Positions 26,142-35,593 are shown, numbered from the stretch's first letter. The stretch: 64,000 nt of DNA from a virus (IMGVR_UViG_3300037419_001521); one strand, 5' to 3'. Notes: generated from the letters alone by a model not told the origin. Translations and numbers: made by a program.

Positions 26142-26486
26142 ATGGCAACCAGAAACCTCGCGCAAGCCAAGCGGGATGCCAAGCGGCCGGTCGGCGAACC
26201 GCCGATGATCACAGTCCAGGTCCCGCTCGAGCAGTGGGGCAAGCTCCTCGGGATGCCGTTCACGGGACCGCCGGTGATAGCTGTCACACTGCCGATCGCG
26301 AAGTGGCGCAAGCTCCTCGGGGAGATGTCGGTTCGACAGTTGGCCTCGAGACTGCCGATGCGCAGCGACGGTCGACAGTGGTCGGCTTCGTACGTCTCCC
26401 GGTTCGAGACCGGACTGCGGGGTGGCTCCGAAGAACTCCGGGCGGCCATCCAGAAGGCTATCGCCGAAGCGACACACGCGGCGTAA
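26142..26486 (+). CDS. XRE-like HTH protein (Cro-like position)
   Basis: HTH MSVRQLASRLPMRSDGRQWSASYVSRFETGLRGG. Divergent from the minus-strand HTH gene. Confidence 0.5.
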   Translation: MATRNLAQAKRDAKRPVGEPPMITVQVPLEQWGKLLGMPFTGPPVIAVTLPIAKWRKLLGEMSVRQLASRLPMRSDGRQWSASYVSRFETGLRGGSEELRAAIQKAIAEATHAA

Positions 26487-26530
26487 CCCCTCACCTCCTT
26501 TTTACTTCTTATTCGAGAGTGGGTACCCCC

Positions 26531-26707
26531 ATGCCTGAATCCGATCAGCAGTTCAAAATGAAACTCAAGTCCGACGAGCTGTCGAGAATCAAAACCGTGG
26601 AGCCCACTCCTGAGGTCGTCGACAAAGTCCGCGAATTGTGCGCCCAGCAGGCCGAAACGATCGCTGAGTGCCGGATGTTCCTCGAGATGCTGGGGATCGC
26701 TCCATGA
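26531..26707 (+). CDS. small hypothetical protein
   Basis: 58 aa. Its stop overlaps the next start (ATGA). Confidence 0.4.
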   Translation: MPESDQQFKMKLKSDELSRIKTVEPTPEVVDKVRELCAQQAETIAECRMFLEMLGIAP

Positions 26708-27015
26708 CAGCTACTTTCAAACGTCAGCGTTTCTTCCTCGCGGTGCCGGAACCGTGGACGGAAAACGCGATGTGCAACGGACGGCCGACCGAAGATTTCG
26801 ATATCGATCAGCTGCCGGATCGCGGTTACAAACGGTATCACGCCGCGCAGATGTTGTGCCACGGATGTCCGGTGATCGGCGACTGCGCGTGGTGGGCGTA
26901 CCGCACCGAAAGTATCGGCTATGTCTACGCCGGGGTGCCGGTTCCTATTCAGCGCCACGAATCTCAGATGGCGCAGTTGTATTCGATCGCTCAGCAACGG
27001 AGAGCAGCAGCATGA
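26704..27015 (+). CDS. WhiB-like (Wbl) transcription factor
   Basis: Four Cys arranged C-x26-C-x2-C-x5-C (CNGRP...CHGCPVIGDC). AWWAY and Gly-rich turn typical of WhiB. Confidence 0.65.
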   Translation: MTATFKRQRFFLAVPEPWTENAMCNGRPTEDFDIDQLPDRGYKRYHAAQMLCHGCPVIGDCAWWAYRTESIGYVYAGVPVPIQRHESQMAQLYSIAQQRRAAA

Positions 27016-27311
27016 ACATCGATTTCACCGAACATGAACACTGGGTCAACAAGTATTACTGGGCCAGAAACGAAATGCTCTCGTATAAGCGAATCATGGA
27101 AGAGGCGATGGAGGAAATCCTGACCCTCGCAGGCCCGGCGTACGCGAACAACGAAGCGACGCTACTGGTCAACGGCAGGCCGGTATTGAACCGAGTCGCA
27201 ATCAAGCAGACGACCTTCACGATCAGCGACGTCCGCAAGCAATTCCCTGAGGTCGCCGCCCAGCTCGACAGCGAAAAGACCATCTGGCAGAACAAGCCCG
27301 TAAAGGATTGA
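27012..27311 (+). CDS. hypothetical protein
   Basis: ATGA overlap with the WhiB-like gene. Confidence 0.45.
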   Translation: MNIDFTEHEHWVNKYYWARNEMLSYKRIMEEAMEEILTLAGPAYANNEATLLVNGRPVLNRVAIKQTTFTISDVRKQFPEVAAQLDSEKTIWQNKPVKD

Positions 27312-27312
27312 C

Positions 27313-27633
27313 ATGAACTACACCCAAGCGGAGTTCGACAACCTCCGGGACGTCAACGACCGACTCCGCGCCGAGAATGCCGAGCTGAAGACGAATGCCG
27401 ACCGCCTCGCGGTGACCCACGCGAGAATATCGCTGGAACTCGGCAACGTGAAGCAGCTGAACAACGATCTCACCGACAAGCTCGCGCGGCTCGAAGAGCG
27501 CCACCACCGGGTGTGTTCCAGGTTCGACACCGAAGAGCAGCTGTCTTTCAAGTATCGGACCGCGTTGGACATCCTGCTCGAGCGGTTGATCGACTTTCAG
27601 ATTCAGCCACTGGTCGACGAGATCGGGATCTGA
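27313..27633 (+). CDS. hypothetical coiled-coil protein
   Basis: 106-aa ORF. Confidence 0.45.
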   Translation: MNYTQAEFDNLRDVNDRLRAENAELKTNADRLAVTHARISLELGNVKQLNNDLTDKLARLEERHHRVCSRFDTEEQLSFKYRTALDILLERLIDFQIQPLVDEIGI

Positions 27634-28110
27634 ATGTCGCAACCGAAACGGTATCTCCGCAAAGCCCGGATCGTGGAAGCGATGCGCTGGGGGCCGACGT
27701 ACCGAGATATGGGCACTGCCTTTCAATGGCTGGGCAGCAACGGCATTTCCGCGCGGTGGGACCCGAACGCGAATTTCCCGCCGAAAGCCGATGAAGGTCT
27801 GCCCCGGCTGCATGTATTCAATTCTCGCTGGGATTGCATCGAAGTCCGGATCGGCGACCTGCTCGTCCTCGAAGCCCCTCGGCGAATCAAAGTCGTCCCG
27901 CGAGACGAATTCACCCCCGACAACTACTCGCTCCACACAGGAGGGACCGAAATGAACGTCCACATCCTCGAACATCCCGCAGGCGATCGAATCATTCTCG
28001 CCGACCCGAACGACGAGGGCGAGGAAGCGCTGGGTTACCTGAAGCCGAATGAAGCCCGCGCGCTCGGGGTACAGCTCATCGAAGCAGCGAACCAGGCGGA
28101 AGGGCAGTGA
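27634..28110 (+). CDS. hypothetical protein
   Basis: 158-aa ORF. Confidence 0.45.
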   Translation: MSQPKRYLRKARIVEAMRWGPTYRDMGTAFQWLGSNGISARWDPNANFPPKADEGLPRLHVFNSRWDCIEVRIGDLLVLEAPRRIKVVPRDEFTPDNYSLHTGGTEMNVHILEHPAGDRIILADPNDEGEEALGYLKPNEARALGVQLIEAANQAEGQ

Positions 28111-28114
28111 TCGT

Positions 28115-28342
28115 ATGGGCAATAACGATAGCGATCGTCGCAACGGTGGTGATCCTCGCGGGACGGGCAGCGGGCTACACCTGGACCCAACGCTGATGAA
28201 GACCTTCGGCGTCGAGATCGTCGATGAATCCGATTATCCGATCGAGTTGAAGATCGACGGCTCGCATTCCACCTATCTCAGCCCGAAAGAAGCGTTCGAA
28301 TTGGCGTTCGCGTTGATCGACGTCTACTTGAAGATCACCTAG
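28115..28342 (+). CDS. hypothetical protein
   Basis: Internal ATG of ORF 28049. Start uncertain. Confidence 0.35.
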   Translation: MGNNDSDRRNGGDPRGTGSGLHLDPTLMKTFGVEIVDESDYPIELKIDGSHSTYLSPKEAFELAFALIDVYLKIT

Positions 28343-28352
28343 AAGGAAAACA

Positions 28353-28736
28353 ATGGCATTCGAAGTGTACGACCGCAAGAATCTCCACACCGCCCCGTCG
28401 AAGCTCGACCCTGTCGGCACAATCCGCAGCAACGGCGACCTCACTATCAGCCCGGAAGCTTACGAATTGATGGGCGAGCCCAAGCAGGTCGAATTGCTGT
28501 ACGACCCGCAGAACAAGATCGTCGGCATGCGTGAGTCGGAGGAATACCACGCCTACCGGGTGGCGCGCACAACCTGCGGGTGGAAATTGATCTCCATGAA
28601 GTCGATGCTGAAGTTCTACGGCATCACCGTCACCGAGTCCACGCGGTACAACATCACCGTTCGCGACGGCGTGGCGCAGATCAACCTCCGTAAGCCGATC
28701 AAAGTCGTTTCCCGCCGCGTGAAGGTGGAGGACTGA
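28353..28736 (+). CDS. hypothetical protein
   Basis: GAAGGAAAACA RBS. Confidence 0.5.
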   Translation: MAFEVYDRKNLHTAPSKLDPVGTIRSNGDLTISPEAYELMGEPKQVELLYDPQNKIVGMRESEEYHAYRVARTTCGWKLISMKSMLKFYGITVTESTRYNITVRDGVAQINLRKPIKVVSRRVKVED

Positions 28737-28738
28737 TC

Positions 28739-28894
28739 ATGGCAATCGCTAAAGGCGGCTCGAACGGAGCCTGGAACGGTTATGTCATGGTGCCGTCGAG
28801 CTGGGACCCGAAAGTCGTCTCGCGGGATATCCGGAAAGTGTTCCCCGCCCTCACCATCACCGTCGAGAACAACCCGAACGGCGGGAAGTACTGA
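28739..28894 (+). CDS. small hypothetical protein (51 aa)
   Basis: Fills the gap between the neighbouring genes. TGATG overlap downstream. Confidence 0.35.
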   Translation: MAIAKGGSNGAWNGYVMVPSSWDPKVVSRDIRKVFPALTITVENNPNGGKY

Positions 28895-29274
28895 TGAGAG
28901 AGATCACACCAGCGCAATTCATCGATCAGGTCGCCGCCGAACTCGACGAACACGGCTGGACCACAGGGATGACCAAAGCCGACAACGGGTGCGTATGTCT
29001 GTACGGCGCAATTCACGAAGCTGTCGATTTCTACCGCAAGCGCGGGTATTTCGTCGATCGCGGCGATGGCTGGCCGGTGTATTGGGAAGACTGGCCGGTC
29101 GCGGAAACCGCTGTGATGAGTATCTGGAACGCCGCGCAGCAACGGACCGCGTCTTTGATGTCGATGCAGTTCGTGCAGCCCGAGGCCATCGTGTACTTCA
29201 ACGACCATGTAGCCGGTTCGGTCGACGACGTGAAGGCGCTCCTCGAAGAGGCGAAGAAAGAGCTGACCGAGTGA
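28894..29274 (+). CDS. hypothetical protein
   Basis: 126-aa ORF. Confidence 0.45.
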   Translation: MREITPAQFIDQVAAELDEHGWTTGMTKADNGCVCLYGAIHEAVDFYRKRGYFVDRGDGWPVYWEDWPVAETAVMSIWNAAQQRTASLMSMQFVQPEAIVYFNDHVAGSVDDVKALLEEAKKELTE

Positions 29275-29534
29275 GATCGCAAACCGACGACCGCACCGAA
29301 CTCGACGTCGATCTCGACACCCACCCGAAATGCAGGGCTAAAAACTGCTCTCGCCCGGCTGAATACTTCCTGAAAAGCCACGGTTGCATGGCCGTTATCG
29401 CTTGCACGAAACACACCTGGAAAACCGTGAACTACCTCATGGAAGGCATTTCGCTGCTCGGGTATCTGAAGTGCAGTCAATGCGGCAAATATTTCTACTC
29501 CACCGAGCAATACACGACCGTCATTCCGATCTAG
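29271..29534 (+). CDS. Cys-rich small protein
   Basis: GTGA overlap with the upstream gene. CRAKNC...HGCMAVIAC...CSQCGKY. Confidence 0.4.
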   Translation: MRSQTDDRTELDVDLDTHPKCRAKNCSRPAEYFLKSHGCMAVIACTKHTWKTVNYLMEGISLLGYLKCSQCGKYFYSTEQYTTVIPI

Positions 29535-29545
29535 GGAGGAGAGTC

Positions 29546-29716
29546 ATGTCCAGCAAGCGGCCCGACCGCAAACCTATCCGCCGAGAGCAAGCCGACCAAC
29601 GCCGCGAAGACCGTTCACCCGGCGAGCAGTGGCGCAACCTGGATCGTCGTCTCGGCCCCGACCGTGGGGCTATGCAGGAACGCGCGCAGCTGTACGTACG
29701 GATGGACGACCAGTGA
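29546..29716 (+). CDS. small basic protein (56 aa)
   Basis: AGGGAGGAGAG RBS. Confidence 0.4.
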   Translation: MSSKRPDRKPIRREQADQRREDRSPGEQWRNLDRRLGPDRGAMQERAQLYVRMDDQ

Positions 29717-30492
29717 CCCGGCGGCTCGTTATCGGCTCGACGGCGGCGCACGTTCATGGCTATCTCGACCGGCTCCCCGATGATTTGGACGCGTTCTCCG
29801 ACGAACCGGCGGACGGCAAAGACGATTTCTTCTGGGACGACGCGCTCGCTGAGTGGATTCCTGATGGCACGGACCGGCTGGCGACTCTCGACGAGCTGTA
29901 CACCATCAAGCTCTCGCACGCGTATTGGGAGCTGAAGAACGGCACCTGGCGCAAACATATGCACGACTTGGTGGCGTTGCAGGATGCGGGTGCGGAAGTC
30001 GATCAACCGCTGCACGATCTGCTGTACGGCGTGTGGGAGCGCAGGCACGGAAAGAAGCGCGTCGATCTTACCCAGGAATCCGACGAGTTCTTTTCCGATG
30101 CGGTTCGCCGCGCGTACGACCACGATAGTTTGCACCGCTCCGTAGCGTATAGCGAGCGCCCGCTGTATGAGGAAGTATTGAAAGCGGGAAAGAGTGTTCA
30201 GATGGATATGAAGAAAGTCTGGGCGCTGCCGTTCGAATTGCAAGTCAAGCTGTTTCGCGAAGAGGTCTACGTTACCGCACTGGAGCGGATCGTCATTCCT
30301 TCTGATTACACCGCAAGTCCACGCGCTGCGTATATGTGGGCTCTCCGGCGGACTATCACGTCGTTGACGAAAGGTAAGTCCGCGCAGTTCATCGCCGAGC
30401 ATTACAAAACCTTCCGCGATCCCGACATCGATTACGTGAAGCACCATTTGTCGAACGCGGACAAGCTTATCCCACTGGAGGCCGACGCATGA
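29713..30492 (+). CDS. hypothetical protein
   Basis: GTGA overlap start. 259 aa. Confidence 0.45.
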   Translation: MTRRLVIGSTAAHVHGYLDRLPDDLDAFSDEPADGKDDFFWDDALAEWIPDGTDRLATLDELYTIKLSHAYWELKNGTWRKHMHDLVALQDAGAEVDQPLHDLLYGVWERRHGKKRVDLTQESDEFFSDAVRRAYDHDSLHRSVAYSERPLYEEVLKAGKSVQMDMKKVWALPFELQVKLFREEVYVTALERIVIPSDYTASPRAAYMWALRRTITSLTKGKSAQFIAEHYKTFRDPDIDYVKHHLSNADKLIPLEADA

Positions 30493-30577
30493 TCGATTTC
30501 ATTCATTCTCTTCTGCACCACCCGATTCACACCCTCGAGCAGCGGTACGTCACCCCGATCGAAATCTGGAGCTGGTA

Positions 30578-30967
30578 ATGGCATTCACCGCCAAGCACGT
30601 CGAAGAAGCCCTCGAATCTTTCGACATCGTCTACAGCAGCGACAGTGGTCGTTGGAGCTTCGAGCCCTGCACCAAGCACAGCCCTGGGTTCTCCTGGACT
30701 GAGTTCGGGTACGCCCTCGACGATAAAGACCCGATCATTGCCTCCGGATTGGGCGTGATCACCGGCGTTGTCGTCGATTCCGGCCACGAAGGTCACGGCG
30801 AGTACTGCGAGCTGGTGTTCAAGCTGACCCTCGACGACGGCACCGAGCAGTACTTCAAGAAGGTCGGCTATTACGCGAGCTTCTACGGCACCGACTGGGA
30901 CGGCGGTTTCTACGAAGTGAAGCCCACCGAAAAGGTCGTCACCGTGTACCCGCGACTGGATTCGTGA
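30578..30967 (+). CDS. paralogue family member 1 (four tandem paralogues)
   Basis: Shares YxxVFE..DGT..FKKxG..SYxG..WDxGxFYEVxP.EKxxTVY with the next three genes. Confidence 0.5.
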   Translation: MAFTAKHVEEALESFDIVYSSDSGRWSFEPCTKHSPGFSWTEFGYALDDKDPIIASGLGVITGVVVDSGHEGHGEYCELVFKLTLDDGTEQYFKKVGYYASFYGTDWDGGFYEVKPTEKVVTVYPRLDS

Positions 30968-31290
30968 TGGATCTCGACGACATCACAGACGCGCTGTACA
31001 AATACCGCGACTCCTATGACTGGGAGGACTGGGTATACCGCCAAGGTACGCACATGGTGCCCGAACTGGGCTGTGTTCGCGTCGTAGATGCCACTTTCGA
31101 CGACCCGGACGAAGGCGACGAGGTTTACATCGTTTTCGAGATCCTCACGGACATCGACGGCCCTAATCGCTTTTACAAGATCGACGGCACATATTCATCG
31201 TTCGGCAGAAGTCGTTGGTCCGACTGTGTGCACCAAGTAAAGCAGGCGTTGCAGTGGACGACCGTTTACAAGCGAGTGGAGGACTACTGA
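30964..31290 (+). CDS. paralogue family member 2
   Basis: EVYIVFEILTDIDGPNRFYKIDGTYSSFG. Confidence 0.5.
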   Translation: MMDLDDITDALYKYRDSYDWEDWVYRQGTHMVPELGCVRVVDATFDDPDEGDEVYIVFEILTDIDGPNRFYKIDGTYSSFGRSRWSDCVHQVKQALQWTTVYKRVEDY

Positions 31291-31682
31291 TGCTTTCCGT
31301 CAGTCAGATCGAAAGCGCTATCGAGAACTTCAGCCACCGCGTTCCGTTCAGCTACATCAACGGGCTCGGCAAGGAAGTCTCCGGCACCACCACCTTCAGT
31401 GGCTGGGAGGGATTCTTCGACATGCTCACCCGCAACGGTGTCGAACTCGAAGGTGTCGGCACAGCGTATCGAGTCGACGAAGTCGGCGGTGAAGGTGAAG
31501 GCGACTACATGCACGTCGTTTTCGAAATCATCGACAAAGACGGCACCGCGCGGTTGTTCAAGAAGGAAGGCCGCTGGGTCTCCTACGACGGCGCGTATTG
31601 GGACGAGGGCGACTGCGATTTCTACGAAGTAGTGCCCAAAGAAAAAACCATCACCGTTTACGAAAGGAAAACAGGTCGGTGA
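31290..31682 (+). CDS. paralogue family member 3
   Basis: YMHVVFEIIDKDGTARLFKKEGRWVSYDGAYWDEGDCDFYEVVPKEKTITVY. Confidence 0.5.
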   Translation: MLSVSQIESAIENFSHRVPFSYINGLGKEVSGTTTFSGWEGFFDMLTRNGVELEGVGTAYRVDEVGGEGEGDYMHVVFEIIDKDGTARLFKKEGRWVSYDGAYWDEGDCDFYEVVPKEKTITVYERKTGR

Positions 31683-32056
31683 CCGACGATAATTTCGAGC
31701 TGTACAAAGCGCACCACCTCCTCGCTGAAACAAAGCAGTGGGATCAGTGGAGTTACTGCGCGAGCAAGCCGGTCTCCGTCGAGGGGTTGGGGACCGTCGA
31801 AATCGCGCACACCCTCGAAGACACCCGCACCAAGCGCAGCAATTATTACGACAGCGCGTATGAGCAGGGTTCGACCGCTCCGGCCGGAATGATCTTCAGG
31901 GTCACCTACCCGGACGAGTCTGTGCGTCATTTCCAGAAGAGCGGCACGTTCGACTCTTACGGCGAGGCCGAGTACACCGGATCGTTCTTCGAAGTGGCGA
32001 CGGTGGAAAAGACGATTCTCACCTTCGAGCCGACCACCGTTCGTAAGTTCGCGTAG
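31679..32056 (+). CDS. paralogue family member 4
   Basis: GTGA overlap start. FRVTYPDESVRHFQKSGTFDSYGEAEYTGSFFEVATVEKTILTF. Confidence 0.5.
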   Translation: MTDDNFELYKAHHLLAETKQWDQWSYCASKPVSVEGLGTVEIAHTLEDTRTKRSNYYDSAYEQGSTAPAGMIFRVTYPDESVRHFQKSGTFDSYGEAEYTGSFFEVATVEKTILTFEPTTVRKFA

Positions 32057-32070
32057 AAAGTAGCTGTTTC

Positions 32071-32949
32071 ATGCCTTGGATGTGGGTTTTCTCCATTCTG
32101 TTTTTCTTGCTCGCGCTCGGGTGTGTGGGCCTGGCTTTCGTATTCAAAGACGACGACGGGCATATCGGGTTCGGGCTCGGCGCATTCGTCCTGGTCATTC
32201 TCAGTTTCGGGTTCGGAATGTGGTCGATCATCGGCGTTGTACCTACCCGGAATGTCGGCATCGTCACGACGTTCGGCAAGCCGGTGGGTATTCGGTCGAA
32301 CGGGTTGACGTGGAAAGCGCCGTGGGAGCACCTGACCGATCTCGACGGCACCATTCAGACCGACTCTCAGATCGGCGGGTTCGACAGCAATGGTCACTGC
32401 ACCGGCGGCACTGCGGTCCGGCTGGCCAATAACAGCACGGCATGCGTCGACAACACCATTCAGTGGCGGATCAACCCCGACGCCGGTGACGCGCTGTTCC
32501 GCGACTACTCCACCTTCCCGAAGATTCAGGACAGCCTCGTCACCCGCAACCTGAACGCGACGCTCAACACCGAGTTCGCTGCCTACAACCCACTGAGCCC
32601 GGAAGCCGCCGGTGGCCCGAACCTGACCGATCTGTCAGCGAAGGTCACCAAGGATCTCCAAGCGAAGGTCGGCACCCAGATCGAAGTGCGGGGCGTCATC
32701 ATCTCGATCGTTCACCTCGACGGGGAGACTCAAGGCAAGGTGAACGCTCTCCAAGCGCAGATCGCCAACACCCACATCGCCGAAGAGTCGCAGAAGACCG
32801 CCGCCGCGCAGGCTCAGGCGAACAAGATCCTCGCCGACAGTGTGAACAACGACCTGAACGTGCTGATCTCACGCTGCTTGGATCTAGTGAATTCCGGTAA
32901 GGGGGTCATGCCCTGCATCCCCGGCGCTGGCCTGCCTTTCGGGCGGTAA
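32071..32949 (+). CDS. SPFH/band-7 (stomatin/prohibitin-like) membrane protein
   Basis: Two N-terminal TM segments, then VPTRNVGIVTTFGK...IQWRINP... and an Ala/Gln-rich coiled coil, typical of the SPFH domain. Confidence 0.65.
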   Translation: MPWMWVFSILFFLLALGCVGLAFVFKDDDGHIGFGLGAFVLVILSFGFGMWSIIGVVPTRNVGIVTTFGKPVGIRSNGLTWKAPWEHLTDLDGTIQTDSQIGGFDSNGHCTGGTAVRLANNSTACVDNTIQWRINPDAGDALFRDYSTFPKIQDSLVTRNLNATLNTEFAAYNPLSPEAAGGPNLTDLSAKVTKDLQAKVGTQIEVRGVIISIVHLDGETQGKVNALQAQIANTHIAEESQKTAAAQAQANKILADSVNNDLNVLISRCLDLVNSGKGVMPCIPGAGLPFGR

Positions 32950-32952
32950 CCG

Positions 32953-33222
32953 ATGTCTGCCGAATCCCGGAAGCGATGGAATTTCGACCGTCGCGGGGTA
33001 CCGGACATTCTGACCCACAACGGCGTCGAGTACATCAGCCGGAAGGAAGCGGCGCACAGGCTGGACCTCACGCCCGGCGGACTCGACTACCAGGTACGCA
33101 AATCGCAGCTGATCGGGTACCGAATACCCGCCGTCAATAACCCGTCCTACAACCCGACCAGGCCGCCGGTGTTTTTTCGCGCCGAAGATATCGCAGCCCT
33201 GCTGGAAGAGAGGTCCGCGTGA
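32953..33222 (+). CDS. hypothetical protein
   Basis: 89-aa ORF. Confidence 0.4.
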   Translation: MSAESRKRWNFDRRGVPDILTHNGVEYISRKEAAHRLDLTPGGLDYQVRKSQLIGYRIPAVNNPSYNPTRPPVFFRAEDIAALLEERSA

Positions 33223-33521
33223 TCAACTGGCTCGGTCAGGAATTCCAGGTCGGCGATTACGTCGGCTGCGGTCGGCGGGACGGGAACACCAGCTGCTACC
33301 GCCTCGGCCGGGTGGTCGGTTTCGACGAACCGAAGCGCACCGCGAATATCGCCTGGCTGTACGAACCGTGGCCCCGCAATTCCGATACACCGTGGATTTC
33401 GATCACAACCTACTCCGGCAGGGCTTCGATCGGAAATCCCAGCATTGACACTCTGTTCCTCCTCGATATCACTTCGTTCGCTCCAGCTCTCCGAGAAACA
33501 CTCACCAAGAAAGGTCACTGA
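33219..33521 (+). CDS. hypothetical protein
   Basis: 100-aa ORF. Confidence 0.4.
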   Translation: MINWLGQEFQVGDYVGCGRRDGNTSCYRLGRVVGFDEPKRTANIAWLYEPWPRNSDTPWISITTYSGRASIGNPSIDTLFLLDITSFAPALRETLTKKGH

Positions 33522-33527
33522 ATACTC

Positions 33528-33791
33528 ATGGCTTACACCCGGATTTTCGACCGTGACTTCAACGTCGTCTACCAGCTGCGCCCCGACGAGGCCCTGACCG
33601 ACACCTACCTCGACGCGCACCCGCTGGGCCACTACTGGACCGATTCGACGCTGAACAGCCAGCAGTTCACGGCCGTGACCACCAACGATGACGGCACGCA
33701 CAGCTATCAGGTCATCAGCGCCGTGCCGGATGTCGTTATCTGCGCGTGCGGTCACCCGAAGGGGACTGCCTCCTGGACGGCCTTGTCATGA
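33528..33791 (+). CDS. hypothetical protein
   Basis: 87-aa ORF. Confidence 0.4.
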   Translation: MAYTRIFDRDFNVVYQLRPDEALTDTYLDAHPLGHYWTDSTLNSQQFTAVTTNDDGTHSYQVISAVPDVVICACGHPKGTASWTALS

Positions 33792-33952
33792 CTATCTGCC
33801 TGCCCCATCGGTGGATCACGCAAGGCGGCCCGTTCACCCGCGTGAATTTCAGCACCAATTCTTCGTTCTTCCAAGGCTGGATCACAGTGAAGTACCAGCT
33901 GGTGAAATGCCGGAAGTGCGGGAAGGTGCAGCGCAGGAGGGTCCGTCGGTGA
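33788..33952 (+). CDS. small zinc-ribbon protein
   Basis: ATGA overlap. CRKCGK motif. Confidence 0.35.
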   Translation: MTICLPHRWITQGGPFTRVNFSTNSSFFQGWITVKYQLVKCRKCGKVQRRRVRR

Positions 33953-34203
33953 AGATCGTGAAAGCAGTCGCGATGCGGTCCGGCGGGGATTCCTACCAGG
34001 TTCCGTCTACGTGGTGGGCCTGGACCGAATCCGGCGAGCCGCTGTTTCTGAAATACCACCTGGGGCGGGCGCGAGTATGGCGTCGATTCGGTTCGTCCAG
34101 TCCGAAACTGCTGGCATACACCCGCCACGGCAACGCGCTGGACAGCCGGATCGAGCTGGGCGAATTCTGCGACATCCTCGGCTTGGAGTTGGAGATCTCG
34201 TGA
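33949..34203 (+). CDS. hypothetical protein
   Basis: GTGA overlap start. Confidence 0.35.
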   Translation: MKIVKAVAMRSGGDSYQVPSTWWAWTESGEPLFLKYHLGRARVWRRFGSSSPKLLAYTRHGNALDSRIELGEFCDILGLELEIS

Positions 34204-34439
34204 GTTACAAACCTCTTTTCAGCGACACCGAGGAATACAAAAAGGAAGCAATCGGTGCGCCTCGGTGCAAAGACGGCACGGTGGTTTCGTTCCACGACTG
34301 GGAATGCATAGCAGTAGCCCTCGGGTTCTCCAGCGCTGTCGATATGTTCCGCACATTCAAAAATGCTGATGATCGGCGCGAAGAGTGGTTGATGTGGAAC
34401 GCCGACAAAGCGATAGCGAACCATGAACGGTCTCGTTAG
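34200..34439 (+). CDS. hypothetical protein
   Basis: GTGA overlap start. Confidence 0.35.
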   Translation: MSYKPLFSDTEEYKKEAIGAPRCKDGTVVSFHDWECIAVALGFSSAVDMFRTFKNADDRREEWLMWNADKAIANHERSR

Positions 34440-34461
34440 GCTGAAAAGTAAGGGAAAAGAA

Positions 34462-34704
34462 ATGCCGGTTTTCAAAGCGCAAGCGGCACCGGAGTTGTAC
34501 GTCACCGACAAAGGAGCTATCAAAGGTTACTGGCTGATTCGCACCTGGGCCGACGACCGCTGGCATATAACGCAAGCAAACAAGCACGTCGAGGTCCACG
34601 GAATGGCTGCCGATTGGTTCGTCTGCTACCTGGATATCGACCTCAATGATGTAGCAATTCAGGTGCAGTTCTTCGACAGCGTTCCGGCGGACTGGATCGA
34701 ATGA
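34462..34704 (+). CDS. hypothetical protein
   Basis: AAGGGAAAAGAA RBS before ATG 34462. Confidence 0.4.
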   Translation: MPVFKAQAAPELYVTDKGAIKGYWLIRTWADDRWHITQANKHVEVHGMAADWFVCYLDIDLNDVAIQVQFFDSVPADWIE

Positions 34705-35150
34705 AGTTCAAAGACCTGACCGGCAACGAAATCTCCGGGACGGTTCACTGCCAAGGGGCGCTGGCGGGCACGGTGTGGGTTCACGACGGTAATCGATGGT
34801 TTCTCGTTCACGCCACCAAACGCGCCGAAGTCGAATACGAAACACCTGTCTACATCCCGCCGGTCCCGAAAGCTGTCGAAAAGATCGCTGAAGACATCGT
34901 AGAAGCTTACCGGGAATCTCGCAGGGTTTTCGCCAGCTTGGGTGTCACGCCGGTTGACCCGGATCTCGAATGGGCGGTCGCCACTCTTCATGCGGCGGAA
35001 AGAGCCCGCAAGTCCCGGCAGCCGTTCATCAATTCGCATTCGTTGATGCTCGGAAAGAATCTCGCCGGGGATTTCTATTCCAATCATCATCAGATCAAAT
35101 CCGCAGTCGCCGACAAGCGATTGAAGGAACTCGCATCAGAGGAAGAGTAA
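34701..35150 (+). CDS. hypothetical protein
   Basis: 149-aa ORF. Confidence 0.45.
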   Translation: MKFKDLTGNEISGTVHCQGALAGTVWVHDGNRWFLVHATKRAEVEYETPVYIPPVPKAVEKIAEDIVEAYRESRRVFASLGVTPVDPDLEWAVATLHAAERARKSRQPFINSHSLMLGKNLAGDFYSNHHQIKSAVADKRLKELASEEE

Positions 35151-35593
35151 TGAACATTCGTACAGGGCATCTCAATGTTCTGCGCGCGGTCGGTTTGAAG
35201 TTCGCGGTCTGCGTCGACCTGGACGGAAGCTATCAAGGCAGCGAAGCGGCGGTCGTTGTCGCGGATTGGTCCGACTATCTCGACGAGAATGCTCAGATCG
35301 GGGTGGTTGTCGTCGGCTACGGGTCCTGCTCGGGATGCGACGAATGGGAAGCCATCGGGGATGAAGACCCGGTCGGGAAGCTGAACGCCGTCATGCGGGT
35401 GTACAACGAGATCAAGTGGTTCGACAACCTCGCGGAGCTTCAGGCGTATGTAGCGGGCGCTGCGGCCGGTAAGGAATCGTGGAGTTCGGATCACGCCCTT
35501 CAGTGGTACGGGCATTCGGATGGGTTCCCGCGATTCCAAGGCTTTGTTGCCGCGTTGCGTCACGGTGATCGCCTCGAAGGTGCCGACGACTGA
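35150..35593 (+). CDS. hypothetical protein
   Basis: Start at the internal ATG overlapping the upstream TAA. Confidence 0.4.
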   Translation: MNIRTGHLNVLRAVGLKFAVCVDLDGSYQGSEAAVVVADWSDYLDENAQIGVVVVGYGSCSGCDEWEAIGDEDPVGKLNAVMRVYNEIKWFDNLAELQAYVAGAAAGKESWSSDHALQWYGHSDGFPRFQGFVAALRHGDRLEGADD

